A stretch of DNA of 64,000 nucleotides from Raillietiella orientalis. Taxonomy: Eukaryota. Made by a program: the position numbers and the translations under genes. The DNA is taken from the NCBI GenBank assembly GCA_036172245.1, contig JAYWIR010000023.1:1054001-1118000 (forward strand), given 5' to 3'. Shown piece after piece: positions 13,201 to 27,062 of the stretch (position 1 is its first letter; each line of letters starts with the position of its first letter). Under the pieces are notes generated by a model. It worked only from the letters and a program-made list of their open reading frames with translations, was not told the origin of the DNA and did no database searches.

Positions 13201-16200
13201 ATGGTTTTTATCATTGGAACAAGGAAGAAAACGAGATGCATGATAGCTGGTTAGAAAACATTGATTGGGTTAAGGTGAGTTTTCATGTTGTCTTCCCATG
13301 ATCAAGAAAATTCTGTATTGTAATTGGATTAATGGTTTGAATGCAGTCTTCATTAATATAGTATTTGTAATGTAGTCTCCCAACATCTTTTGTGAAGTAG
13401 TACAAGTATGTGTGTTGTTGCTTTGTGTTTCTGCCTACCAAAAATCTTTTGTTTCATTTATGATATAGTATTCTGTCTGCACTATTATACTGTGTGGTTT
13501 TTTATTCATTGTAATTGTTCTTCTAAATTACACCTGGAAAGAGAAAATATTCTGATATAAATTGAACAACTTAAGTGAATGTAGAAAAGATTGCTTCTCT
13601 TTTTAAAAGAAAAAACACATTAAGCTTTATTTCTCACAGACAAAATTCCGAAAATTACTCATGAAAAGTGAGAGAAAAATACAATTTAGGTTTCAAATTC
13701 TGGGTTTTTCTCATGGATGTTCCTTCTTTTCTTTTTTTTTAATTGATATACAAGAAAAAAACATTTTCAATGCATTTTGGAGTTGACTTTCTCACATTTT
13801 TTTTTTTTTTATGTAAGTGAACTGACATGGTATTTTCATGGTTATGATTTTGATTGCATTTAATTTGACATTTACTTCTGAATATACAAAGTATTTAAGG
13901 TGCGCACAAAATGGAATGGTATAGTCTGTTTATGGAAGAGAAAATGACATATCTTCTGCTTCCTATTATAATTTTTGAAAGGATAAGCTTTTTTCTCCTA
14001 ATTTTGAACGAGGATCTGTGGTTTTAACAGCATCCAGATGCCATGAATCAGAAAAGAAATATTAGATTCTTTGTGTAGCTTTCACCTAATATCTTTGACT
14101 ATCTCAGTTGATTTTTTTTTAACTAGCATTTTTCTATGCAATTAAGTTTGTAATTGTAGAAGTTTTTAAAGTGATACTGATGCTCTGCTTCTTGTAATAG
14201 AATCAACTATAAATTTCAAGCACCCTTCTTTTGTGGGCGTTTCAGCAAATGTTGCTGCAAATTGCATTCCAAATAAATTTCATTAAAATGCTGCTGATGT
14301 ATTTTCCGCTAGTTTTGCTGGATATATTAACAGCAAGTATTTCTATTTAATGTTTAACATTTAATGTTAAACACAATGAATGTGTTGTGCTGATTGTACC
14401 AAAAGAATATCATCTGATTCTCCATATTGTAGTATGGTTTATTAAGTAAAAAAATCACAAGCTTTGTTCCATCAGAAGTATTCTCCAGTCTTCAGAAGCT
14501 AATGAGTTTTTTGTTTGTAGAATGCCAGTATTGCAAAAGCAAATGCAAGTTTTATTCGTAGTAATTCTGTATCTTAAGAAAAGTATTTATGGAAAATCGT
14601 AGCATGCTTAATAAGTACAAGTTGTTATTCAAATGTATTTCCCAAAATTGGCTTTCTTAACCCATAAATTTTTCTTTTGCTAAGAAGCAAGTGATAATGA
14701 TTACTGAATGAATTTTATAAGAGTTCAGTTAAACATTTGCAAGAGCAACATTAAAAGCAAGAAAATCAAATGCAAAATGTCTTTGCACATATATCATTGT
14801 ATAGTATTTGTCACTTATTAATTTTTCATGCATTTAATCGTATTAATATACTACGAAAGTTTCCCTAGCATGAAATGTTTTGTTATTTATGCAGAATGTG
14901 CATGTTTGCAGACAGTCTACAGAAGAAAAAAAACTACGTTTCGGAAAACTACATTGCTTCTCAATTTAGTTAATTTTAGATTTATTAAGGATAATGGATT
15001 AGAGAATTTTTTCCAAAAAAAATGTCAGTGTGAGCTTTCATACCAATAATGAGATCAGTTTCAGTTCAATTCAGTCAGAATAGTTTAAGGTTTAATTTCT
15101 TTTTTATTTTGAAAGTTTGTTGTTATCTAATATATTCCACCAAAGTTCCAGTAGTATAAAACTTGCTGTCAATCAAATGATGTTTACCTTTCAATATTTA
15201 AAAGTATGATTATATTTCATAGAGTAAATGGGAATGTTTGAAGAATTACTTGGTCATCTAGAATGGCATTGTTGTATGCTTGTTATTACCAGTGTTCACA
15301 TTTTGTTTGAACATTGTGTTTGGTTAGAGGTTGCTCCATCCATAGATTACTAAGTGTAGCTAATTCTTCTCACTTTGGCTCCAACATTGATGGCTGGAAG
15401 GATTTGATGTTTTAATCTTTTTTCATCATTAGTGTTTGATTTCTCTTCATTCTTCCTATTTCAGTTTTCCTCACTGCATATATTTTTCAAAAATTATCTT
15501 TGTAATTTCAAATCATAAAAAAGTAGAATCTTGAGGTAAATTTTTGGAAAAAACCTATAGTGTCTTTTGAAACAAATCACAGGAAAAAAAGGGTGGTAAA
15601 ATATGAAAGGATTATTGTATCTCAGGTCCAAGCACAAAAATTACCAGCTGATACTTCTGAAGCCAATGTGGAAAGTGAAGATGCTCCAAATTTAAAAAAT
15701 TATCAATCTTCATTAGAACAAATGCTGGAATTGATGCGGCCGGGTGAAACGGTAACACAAGCATTGCGCAGATTAGGTGTGTAGGTATTTTAGTATGTTC
15801 ATGGTTTCACTGCTTATTTGATCAGGAGGTTCCAAACACTTATCTGCCTCTGAAAGATGGAAAAAAAAAAAGAAAGGAGAAGCTGTGAATGATGATGTGT
15901 GTAAAGATGATTTACTTAAACTTACTGGTCTAGCTGATCATATCTTAAGTGCTGTTGGTGATATGGATATTTATCAGCAAACATATGAAAGATTGCAACA
16001 GAAGGTGAATTGAGATAAGCCTTACAAGTTTTGAATTTGAATCATCTTTATGTTCCTTTGTTTATCATAAATTCTGTGTTTTCTAAGACAAAAGAATTGG
16101 ATAATTCTGTGTCAGAACCAACATCAACTTCTCATGTTTCACCTGATGATGCCTCCACTTGTCAGTCTTCAGATACAGCTAGTTTAAATACTATTCAAGA

Positions 16201-16455
16201 AGCAGTTGCAGGTATGTATTGTAGATATTTTCATATATGATTAATTGTAAACATTCAGAGAGTGTATTGTGGGAGTATCGCTTCCATGAGTTTGATGAAA
16301 GCAAAGTTTATGGACCACATTCTAGCAAAATAATGCTGCAGTTACTCCATGAAGGCCATTTTAACTCAGGAGCATGGGTACGACATTTTGGTGTTGATGA
16401 ACCATGGTGTGCAGTTAGCAGTGTTCAGTTTGAAGATGTCATTACTGTAAAATAA
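10299..16455 (+). CDS. CD2BP2: CD2 antigen cytoplasmic tail-binding protein 2 / U5 snRNP 52K (Lin1/Snu40 family), spliced
   Basis: Exons 10299-10479, 13108-13274, 15626-15776, 15826-16004, 16088-16211 and 16259-16455, all GT-AG and in frame. Motifs KHTLDSDEE, ITPFNMKEELEEGHFD..G.Y, DSWLENIDW, MRPGETVTQALRRLG, LTGLAD..L..G..DIYQQTYE, and a C-terminal GYF-like domain. Confidence 0.93.
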
Positions 16456-17379
16456 AAAAACTGTGCTGCAATGTGACTTAGAAGATAAGTTTATAATTAA
16501 TGTAAAATTACTGGAAATGTAAAATCAGTAGGCACAATAAATGGTTACCAACTTGCTCATTTGTGGGGTCAATGATTCAGAATTTTTATTAACCTGGAAG
16601 TTGTCATATTTTGTATAAACCCCTTCTACCTTCCATAATATTCATTTTTGGCATCAACATTATCATGGCTTTTGTAAAGCGAAAAAAATATTCGAATATG
16701 AATATTAATATTGTATTTTTCGATCATTGTCACAGTAGGTTTCGTGCTTCCGATCAGCAAAGATTGTGTTTCCTTGTGATGTGCACCTTTTGTATGTTAA
16801 ATGTAAAAATTCTGTAAAAATTTTACAATTACAATCGAATTTCCGCAACACTTCTGACTGTTAATGATCAAAGTTATTTTTTTGTATGAAAGAGTACTTT
16901 ATACTTTTGTTTTTTATGTTTTGGTGCATTTTATTTGTATGTTCTGAGAATTTCATGCCAGAGCTCTTGCGGAACTTTTCTTTATTGAATTTCGTTCCTT
17001 TGCACTATATGTCTAGCTTTTGTATCGACTTTCTACTATGCCTGATCTTATAAAAATGGTGTTTATACTTATTTGTTACCATTATGTGAACACTGTTTTG
17101 ATTTATAATAGTGCAAAATTTATCACCTTGTTTGCTATTTTCAAAAGGTGAAATACACCCTTTAAGTTCTATAAATGACCACAGAGTTAGCCTTAATAAG
17201 TGGAAATCCAGCCTTAAATATAATGTAGCGTATTTTCTAAGGAAAGTTTTCCTTATTTTTAAATTTCGGAATCCGAGCTAGCAATCCACTCTTAGTATTA
17301 TGTGCAGCGGATACTGCCAAAAGGAGTGGACCTGTGGTGGACTGGTTGAGTAGTCCTTGAACGAAATCCATAACAAGAG

Positions 17380-19460
17380 TGTTCAACATCTTCATGATTT
17401 TTCCAAACTGTTGAAAACATTTGTTATATTCCCAACTTTACCTGATGCAGAACAACTCTAACCAAGAAATTTTTCAAGCATGCATGCCTGAACTCAAAAA
17501 GGCAAAAAAAAAAAAAAAACTCGAAAATCCCCCCCCCCAAAAAAAAACCCAAAAACAAAAAACAAATCTCGTTAATGTATTTTAAAAATGTATTTTTCGA
17601 TCCATTCTGTTGAAAAAGAATAGAAGTGCTATGCTTCTTAAAAAGAAAATTATTTTGTCGTTTGTTCCCTGGTTTATCGTGAAATCAAAGACTTTTGTAA
17701 ATCAAGAGATGTAGCTACAGATGATTTAACAAATACCCAGTTATCTGCAAGATTTCGAAGAAAAGAGACACAGGGCGTTTTATTTTAAAAGAACCTTTGG
17801 AAAGCATTGCTATCAAAAATCCATTTTAAATACTTTATTTATCGGTTAAAGATGATTTATTTTTGTTAATTATGTACATTTACCGTATTGAACACGGTTT
17901 TCCAGTGTACCACTTCGTGAACATTTCACTGACTTTTGGTAACCGCAATGACTAGAAGGGGTGTGAGCAGCACCCTTTCCAATTCTGAAGCCCCAAATGA
18001 ATGGAAAAATCGTCGGGCTCGATGGGAAATATGCTGGATACTACTAATCAATCAGAGGGAGAAATTTGACGGAATATGCTGAAAAGAATATTCCAGAGTA
18101 TTCTCGTTCTGTGGGTACTTTGCAGAAATCAAGAATTATGCATTTGCCGAAATATGTTGCCATGAAAGTGAAATCAACATCTTGAGGACAATTTTTTTTT
18201 TTCTTAATAAGGAAAGGAAAATCAGATTATCAACACGGTGAAAACTACTCATAGTTACGCTGTCCTGGCTAGATTGTGTCTTCAACTCAATTTTCGAACA
18301 AGAGTTCTACAAATTGCGAAGTTTCCTGTGCCCTCGTCGTGGAACTTTTTTTTTTTTTCTATAGAAAACACGGTACATGTGAATTTAGGAAAATCAAACT
18401 ACTAAAGTCATTTCCGCTCAGTTCATTAGAAAAAAAAAACGATTCGTAGGGGTTCTTCATTTTTCTTAATAAATCCATTACCTGCATTACCAGAATCCAT
18501 TCGGTCATCTTATGTGACCACAAAGAATCCCATTGTAAATTATAAGGATGGCCAAGCAACGTTTGGCACAAACCCTATTTGCAGCCAGACGTTGCTTTTT
18601 ACAGTCAAATTAGTAAAATTGGATTCCTATTTTATACAGCATTTCTCCACTGAGTCGTGAAATCGCTTTAAATCCAGCGATAAAACCCAACCGTACAAGA
18701 TAGGAAATTAGAAATAGATGACTCGATTTTATAGAAATGTTCCGGTACATTAGCCACCTAAAGTGGAAAAACAATCAACACAGATGTGTGTTTTGGTTCC
18801 AATGGTGAACTGAAAAGAACAACCGTATTTAAGAGTTTTAAGGTTGCCGGCAAGGCTGGAAATGATTCGGCACATGAAATTTTGTCATAAAAACAATCCT
18901 TTAAGCTTCGAAGGTTATTCGCTGCAGAGAATAGAGGAAAATAGTTTGTAAGCAGCCATGGGGAATAACATCAACGAGATGTGGAAATCATGCACGCTGA
19001 AATCATTAGGGATTGGAAGGAATTATATCGAATATATGTGGGACTTTTTCCTGTGCATCAGAAACGTCCTGAGGAAAAGGAAAAATGTGAAAGTAGGTGC
19101 TCTTGAACAAATCGAATTCTACATCATGTTTAATGTGGAAGCTCCCCATATATGTGTGTATACATATGAACAAGTACACATACTGAAGTTGAGTTTGTAA
19201 TTGCCTATCCGACCCGGAGGCACTGTACTTCCAGGAAATGCCATTCAGAAATTTCTTTGTCGGTCTCAACTCTTTGCCTATTTGTTTTGGTATATCAACC
19301 TGTTTTGAACCCATTTTCCCAAGAGTTTACTTCCTATTGTTCCTGGCCGATTGCATGATTTCGTAAAAGATCTCCCGAATTCAAACCAGAAACTGCAACC
19401 GCTATGATTTGATTTTTTCTTGCGCAAAAATTCAGAAGAATATGCAATAAGATCATCTAT
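17380..19460 (-). mobile_element. Possible scattered Penelope-like remnants
   Basis: Very degenerate motifs: *IDDLIA (~19,440; YxDD-like), KELRPTKKFLNGIS (~19,260; ..L..NGYP-like), and VLHQVK...CFQQFGKIMKML (~17,400; GIY-YIG-like). Confidence 0.2.
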
Positions 19461-21199
19461 CTATCATCCCTTGGCTTCTATTGTAAATGCATTGATCCGT
19501 TTTACTTAGATTCAATAACTCTCATCCTCCTTCGTTCAGTTCGTTTATTTTCAATGACTTCCATGCAGGTTTAACATCCTTCGTTCCATCTCTGTCTAGA
19601 ATTATTGAAAGCTTCATTCCTATGTTTGAAGTTGTGCAGTGTTTTGGCTCATTTTGTGCTTCGTTTTGCTAACGATCCTTTTATCTCACGTTAGAACTTT
19701 GAGAGGTTTTGAAAACGTGGGAAAACTTTGAATTGCATTCCTATCAAACTTTCAAAAACTCATCCCTCATTTTACTTCGGGTGCAAGGAAATCGGAAGAT
19801 TTCCTATATTAATCCTGAAAGCTTCATTATTTTTAGTTTTTCTAAATTTAGACTCATTGAATAAACCCCGACGATTCCTTTGTGACTGTTTCTCGAAACC
19901 GACATCAGCTCCAAACTTTCAAGTGCCTAAAATCTAGATCCGGTAAGAAAATAATCTCTTTTCGTACAGGCCGTCCAGCATCATGAGGGCATTTTTCATT
20001 TCATTTTGCTACTGATCAACTGGAAAGATGCCTGGGATAGTTTACAGTTTCAATTTTATTCTCTGCGAGAAAATTCAAGAGGGTTTAGATGGCCAAATAC
20101 TTCGATCCACTACGAAAAGCACACAACCATGATGATCCGTGGCTGGAATAGCGGTATTTGTGGCAAAGGACGTCGACTACATCCTCCTTGGCTAGCGTTC
20201 TGTATGTAATGTATACTTGGAGTCTTCTTGGTAGCTTTGCATTTCTCTGACTATCTTCTTAATACATTGTGCACTTTCTGCTGATCCGAAAGCATGCCAA
20301 TTACGTTATTTAGAGGATATGAATCTTGACTTCGTCTTCCTATTGGTTTGTATGCACCATCATTTCGACACGATGCATAGGTTACATCTAACATAACTGG
20401 TTGCAAAATTCTTTTGTTTCTAAAGTTCCAGTTCTGTGATTTTTTGCATAACTCTGAATCACTTTCATCTCGCAAAACTTATGAGTCTTTTCTCTTTTGA
20501 TTCCTCTCTCTAATTTCCTAGATTTCGTATCACTCGATTTCTCTTTATCCATGCTTTGTTTTTAAATGGTGGTATGGTCCATTTGCCAGCATCTTTTGTT
20601 CTCCTTGAAAATTCACAGCACTTTTTTTTTTTTCATTAAGTACATCTCGACTTTGGTTGTCTTTAGCTGGATTTGTAGATGGAATAGAAGTAAGCAAAAA
20701 GCAATGTTTAGGTGGCAGATGAGAATCCAAATTTATCGCGCGTCATTCACTGAGGGCACAAAAATGTGACGTACGATCTGAGGATGAACGGATGAGTGTT
20801 ACTAAAAGTCCTGCACAGAGATTTATGTACATGTTCTTGCACATGTACATATATATTCCTGTAAACATACATGCATGCACATGTGCAGATGAATCAGTCC
20901 ATTCACATGAATTATTAGTTAGCCGCTTCTCCCTTCCAACTGATGAATTATGAATTGCAATTACAATTTGTTTTGTCGTGGTTTCCATCGTGACACTCTG
21001 CCCGTCTGAACGTGCTTCATTCAGTCTGAGGCCCCCTTTACATCCGCTGCTCACGCATTCATCAATAGAAGCGGATCCAAAGTTCAAAATGGGAACGTGA
21101 TTCGTTTCCAGAGGTGATCAGCTCCTGGATGACTTAGCACTCAATTCTATAGTACGGAACTACTGTTTTTTCAAAGAAAAAGCCAAGAATGATGAGAGT

Positions 21200-23130
21200 T
21201 GAACTCCGTTAATCATCCCAACAGAGCCAATCTGACTCCAGAGGAAGATGGATTTCTTCTAGCTCTGGTTTCTCACCAGTTAATGGAGCGGAGCGCGCGC
21301 TACGTAGAGTGGTTGTCTGGTCCTCGAGGCAACACGTCCTCCCTGCTGCTGTCCGCGGGGTTCCGGGAGGAGTACAGCTGTTTGGGACAACGGTGCCAGA
21401 GACCGACTTTGCAGCTTTCCCTGCGGCGCACTGCGCGAAAAGATGTGGAGTTTTCTGGAGAAGTTGATGTGCACCTCGGAAGAAACGACTGGTAGCGTAA
21501 GAGAGGCATAGACCACAGCAACCTAGATGACAGCCGACAACCTGAACATACCGAAAACCAGGAAGCAGGATGGAAGCAGCCCATGGAAGCAGATCAGATG
21601 AGACTCCTGAAACTTGGGGAGACAAATGTGTCAGGGCACGTCACGCTGGTTTTCCTCCGGAGGGAGGGAGACCGTCCTGATCATGGGACTTTTTGAGTGG
21701 GGGACGAAGACGGCTGAGAACAAGACCTCGAATAAGGATGACTCTTTCTCCCTTGTAGTTCTCTCAGAGATCCCTTGGATGCTTCCACCATTTCTCTGCT
21801 CTAGAGTGACGAGCCGCCATCTTGCTGTTACGCAAGGCTTCTCGTTCATGAGCAACGAGTTGGTCAGGCAGGACTCTCCGAAGAATGAGCGGCTCAAGGT
21901 CCACCGTGGAGCGCCGCTTCCACTGCCCCTCCTGAGATATGGGAGAGATAGCGCGTCACGAGGGAGCCGACCCTCTCGATGACGCCTTCTCTTGGTCTCG
22001 AGCAGAGGGAGACTGCTGACTTTCTCGAATCCAGTCCAAACCCATCCACCCTACGAGGGGCGATGGTGTCGAGGATGGTGGAGGTGCATTGCCGTCGCAC
22101 CGGGAACCCCTTGGACGGCAGTGAGCGCCGGAGCGGTACGGATTGCGATTCGAATTGGCTCCAGCTGGAGGAAGGTACGGAGAGACGCACCTCAGAGGTG
22201 AGGCCAGCTGGAGTCGTGGCCCAGTTTTAATCCTCGATCCTTCCCTAGGCAGCCCAATTCTAAGGGCACAGCCTAGTTCTCATGCTGTTTCAGCATCTAA
22301 TTCGAGTCAGTACTGAAAGCTATGCGGTGTGATCCGGTGATCTGTGGATGACCTTTCCCCGCACATCCTCTCCCTATGCTGTCCGTTCCCGTCCCAGGGG
22401 AGCGTCTTCCTCCCGAAGCTTTTCGGGAAGCCGGTATGTGGAAAAAAGCACAGGCCAGCAGGAAGAAGTCGACAGTCTTCTCCGTGGAGGTTTCATAGGA
22501 GGGCTGGAAGGATTGCAGATCGGCGCTTCCAAGTACTTTGGCGTGTGCTGTGCAAGTCTGCACTTCAGGAGCACTCAGAAGATAGAAAGGACACCAGTCT
22601 GCTCTTAGGCGGCCTCAATTGCCAGAGAGGGATGTAATATGAAGCATTCTCCTCTCCGCTTCTCCTTGATTCTTACTTTTTGCTTGCTCTTCCCCCTACA
22701 AGGCGGAAACCCGTACTGATATTCTCTTAAGTAAAGCCTCGTGTGATCCAGGAGGGGGGGGGAGATGGAGCCAAGGTTGCGTTCCCGAAGACCGGGAGCG
22801 GCGGTGCGGTTGCGGAAACAACATTGGCGTCCTTCCCCTCCCCCTCCTCACTCGGGTGGTGCATTCCGAGGCTCATGATCCTTTGCGAGGACCTAGAGTC
22901 CCTACTTCCTCATCAGTTTTCCACCATCGCAGCATCAACGAAACTTCTGGGTGTCTGGACTGCAGAAGCCCAGCTGGCTGATGAAGCCATTCCTGGCGCA
23001 GGCACTCAAGGACTGCTGTGTTGCAAGGGTCTGTCGGACTCTCCGAGAACTCTTGGCAATTCCCTTGTGAGTGGGTAACTTCGCACCCTCCCCCGCATGT
23101 GACCTGCACTGGATTCTCCAGTGCGTCGTC
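21200..23130 (+). mobile_element. Degenerate R4/Dong-like RLE non-LTR retrotransposon (RT to zinc knuckle)
   Basis: Frameshifted motifs in the expected order: VHRGAPLPLPLL (QGxPLSPLL), VDSLLRGGFIGGLEGL (ERLYxP..GGRGL), LCCKG/SENSWQFPC (CCHC remnant), ACDLHWILQC (IHWxLC, typical of the R4 clade). Confidence 0.5.
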
Positions 23131-25539
23131 ATCATCAAACGGCAGAGAGAGAGAGAGAGCGAGGGAGGGGGGGAGAGAGAACGGGTTGAGGGGAGGAGAG
23201 CTTTCCCTAGGTTCGGGTGGGGAGCACTTGGCAGGAACCGTTCATTTTTGCGCCGTCATCTCAACGGGAAAATGTGTTTCTTTAAAATAAACTCCTGTTA
23301 AAATAAGCGTGGGAGGAACCGTTAACTCGCAGGTCGGCAGCACATGAGGGCGAGAGCAGAAGGGAAAGGGACATTAAATGTGCAAGAAAGAAGAAAAGGG
23401 AGAAAAGGGATAGGAATGTCTTTGGTTTTACCACTTGGAGCCTACCACAGCCTGTGCGAGATGCAGGTTTCCCTGAAGACTTCTTTTTGCAGGCGAAAGT
23501 CACCTCGTCGCATCCTTCATCAGGGAAGCGGCTTCATCAGCCAGCTTCCCGTCGTTGCTGGCGAAGCTGCAGCTCGTAGCGGACGTCGCGGTGCAGCGGA
23601 TGCAAACAATTCGTGGTGGCAACCACAGCCGCGGGAGTTCGTCCCGCTTGAAGAAGCGAGACCTCAGCAGCTCTTGAAACGCATCCTCTGACCGCAGACG
23701 TGTGGCCGCAGCCGCTGCCACACGTCACAAAGGGCACCGCATCCCATCAGTAGGTGCGGGAACGATTCGATCGTCCTCAATTCTCCCCGCACCTGGTGCA
23801 ATCCAGGGACGCACTTTCTCAGAACACGAGGTGCTGGCACTCATCGTGCTGGAGTCTCCAGTGTGAAAAAAGAGATTCGCCTCCTGCTGCCTTTTAAGAG
23901 GGAGAACCGAAGCATCCAAACGCAGGGGAGGACCCACAAGTTCTTCTGGGGGCGCATCTGACAATTCAGCTCACCGGAGCAGTCTCTTAGATTGAAAACG
24001 TGGTGCGACCTCGTTCACTAACTGGGAATCTTGCACTTGAACATCCCCAGGAACCCCATCAGCGTCTTTTCGTCCAGATGGATTTCCTCTGTTCATAGTA
24101 GTCCAGTCACACGCTCTCGTGCTGCATTTGTGGCATCGGGGTAGCCCGTTCTTCGGAAGGAACTGCTTGCTGGAAGGGGTGTGAGGACTTCCTGTCCATT
24201 TCCTTATAACACGCCAAGCAGACCTGACTCCAGCAGCAAGGAAGAAATCACCCTTCAGGATGCAAGATCTGAGAGTGGAAAGAACGAGAGCTTGGAGGTC
24301 TGTCACCACCTGCATTATTCATTCCTTATCGTTTATCGACGACTCCCTTGCGCTGCACTCCAAACCTCTTCTCCGTACCGAACGGCAGTCAGACGGCATT
24401 GCCCTCCACCTCCGCTGTAAGACCCTGGCAGGAAATCGGTTCCTACGCTCACTTCGTTGATGCTAAGCAAGCGACCTAAGGCAGCCAAATGAAAAAGATT
24501 TTCCATACTTAGACCCTCGGAATCCATCAGTTCCGAGAGGACTAGACAATGTCCATCATTACTTATTGATCCCATCATCCACTCATCCCACCTTCCATTC
24601 ACTCTCGAGTACTGACTGGCACGAGATTTGGTCCCCATGGGTGACTGTCAAGCTCAGCCTCACACTTTCTTTTATTCGCGTATTCAAGTGAATGTAAACA
24701 AAAAGATGCAAGAAAACCTGACTTGGCACAGCTAGGCGCGAAGGTTGAATCATGGTAGGGAAAAAGGTGCTCCCACGGATCATATAGGAGAGCTTTGGAC
24801 AAGATTCGGACGACACGTAGAGAAGCGAAGGCTGAATTCTTTCGGGAAGAAAGGTCTGCTTCCTCCTGTCTCGCTTCACATTCTTGGAGAGCGACAGCCA
24901 ACCTGCTTCGGCACGGGTAAACCTCACACCGTGGGTAATCCGAGTGTTCGAGCGTGTTCATCGGATGCGACACTCTCAGTGGTATGAAGGGACAGACGAC
25001 TTGCTGAGTGGGAAGGGAGGTGCGAGAGTAGCAGGAAATCTTCAGATTTTGCATCGAATTATTTTTCGATGGATCCGCAGGCAAGGGATCCATGACGCTG
25101 TTGACACGAACACTACTGGCCTCCACTGCTGGATCGTTCGAAAAGTCATCTCTGTTTCCAGGCAGTAGAAAAGAAGGAATGCTCTTCCCACGCGCGGACC
25201 ATTCGGTGGCCACGATGAGAATATGGAAAGATCAGAATGCAAGCGAATGCTCTGAGGTGTTTCGGGCCTTCCTTCTTGGCGGGAGGATCGCAAAGAATCA
25301 AGAGCCCTTCGGCAGTCGTACAGAGGTGCTGATTTTATCTCATTTTTGCACAGATCCTTGAGGAAATTTCCAACGAAGTGTACCATCCTTTCTTTTCCTT
25401 GGATGCATATTCTTGGTCTTCGTTTCCCATAACTGACAATTCAACTCAGCATGCGGTTTTTTTTTTTTTAGAGCCCCTTTCTCACAAAAAACAAAGATCA
25501 CTTGCGAGACCTCTGAACACTGAATGTCACCAAGCAAGG

Positions 25540-25900
25540 CCAGTGAGTTTGGACGACCCACTTTTTTTTAGTGAGGGTGAAATACTTTGTTTCAGGATGT
25601 TTCCTCTGTAGTCTTCCCCATGAACTGATGCGACGATCGAGCGTCGAAAGATGCAAAGGTTTCTCATCTTCAACGCTTTAAATATTGAAGACAGTGCCCA
25701 AACGTCACACCTGTTACCCCTAACGTCACACCACCTCACTCTCACCTCGTCACTCCTCACAAAGGGGTAAAGCCCGAAGAATGGCATAATCATGGGTAAC
25801 AGGTATGTTGCAACATTCGCTTAAGGCTATTTCCCCCCCCCCCTCCCTTGCCAAAACGAACGTCTGAAAGTCGTCAACAATCCGGGACAAAAACCTGGAA
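25540..25900 (-). mobile_element. hAT (Buster/Charlie-type) transposase C-terminal remnant
   Basis: FWQ...LSE...MPFFGLY(L)CE...WALSSIFKALKMRNL resembles the hAT dimerisation consensus FW..E.P.L....L.PF.TTYLCE..FS.L..IK.K.RNRL. Ends near ...gggtcgtccaaactcactg. Confidence 0.35.
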
Positions 25901-26629
25901 GAACGTTCTGCAATCCTCGCTAAGGTAAACATCTTTCGCTTTTCTTTGGAACAACTACTGCTTGATCTTGTCGAGAACTTATGTGGTCCGGTGATAATCG
26001 GCACACCGAAAGGAACAGCGCGTTGGGAAACATCGCAAGACCCATTTGTGTTCCATGGAATGAAATTCGGCGAAAGGGAGGAAAAATGGGACCTGTTGGC
26101 TCATTTCGAAGTGCCTTCATGGGACTACAATAAACGCAGGATACACGGAACACTGGAATCTGGGAATCATGCATACGGAAGAAAGGTTGCAGAGGTCTCT
26201 TCTGGCGACGGAGGTTCCTCCGTCAACAGGAGAGAAATCTCAGATTCACGATGCACCGCAGCGTTTTCCTTGGTTGCAGTAGCGTCGCTGATGAATTCAC
26301 GGTGTGTCATTAAATATATATGCCAAGATGTAGGTATGTGCTACCTCAGGTTGTGTGCAATCCTGGAGATGGCGATTATTAGAAAACAAACAAACAAACA
26401 AACACGTAAATGCTTCAATGCTTTCCAATACATTTTTTCTTTTTTCTTTAAAAGGCCAAGTAGCTATCTCATGTAGGGATCTTTACGTTACTGTTGGCCT
26501 AATGCGATGGAGATCCTTTTGAGTGCCATTTTCCTGCTTCCCTTCCAGCTTTTTTTTTTTCCTGCAGTTTTCTTTAGCCGTTTCTGGTTCGCTGAGTATT
26601 CAAGAACAGTTCACTTGGGTGCTGGGAGC

Positions 26630-26945
26630 ATCGATGACTCCTCCACGTGGAAGCTCACGAGGTTCTGACTCTGTCACGCCACCTGAAGCTGCGTGTAACT
26701 CGGGCAGGGAGGGAAGGGGGATCCTAATTACTCCAGGAGGGCTCCCAGGATGGAGTCCATTCCTCTTACTTTCGGGTGGGGACCCAGAAGGGATCCGTTC
26801 TCGATTTTTCTCCTGAGGGAACTACTCCTCGTTCAATTCTCTGGAGAGAACTCCGAAGAGCGCTTCCAACACAAACTGCATCAACCCCTCAGGAGGAGGA
26901 AGACTCAGTTCCATAGCGCAGACTGGAGAGGAACTCCGAAGCTCC
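26630..26945 (+). repeat. Dispersed repeat, copy A (paralogous to 50,440-50,795)
   Basis: ctcctcgttcaattctctggagagaactccgaagagcgcttcca here versus ctcctcgtttccttctctggagagaaccccgaaagaacgcttccca at ~50,645. The block actggag.ggaac is also shared. Confidence 0.6.
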
Positions 26946-27062
26946 CTGATTCCTGCTCTCTGCGGAGGGCCTGCTCCCAATTCCGGCCGGTCAACAGGAG
27001 CATCCGGTTTTCAAGGCGCACGCGCGCCATTTCAGTGCCGCATCTGAAAGCCGTAGGCCAAA

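Noticed and set aside
17950..17978. Minus-strand hairpin plus CTAG|T, Helitron-like end
   Set aside because: Short stem and a single occurrence; not enough to call.
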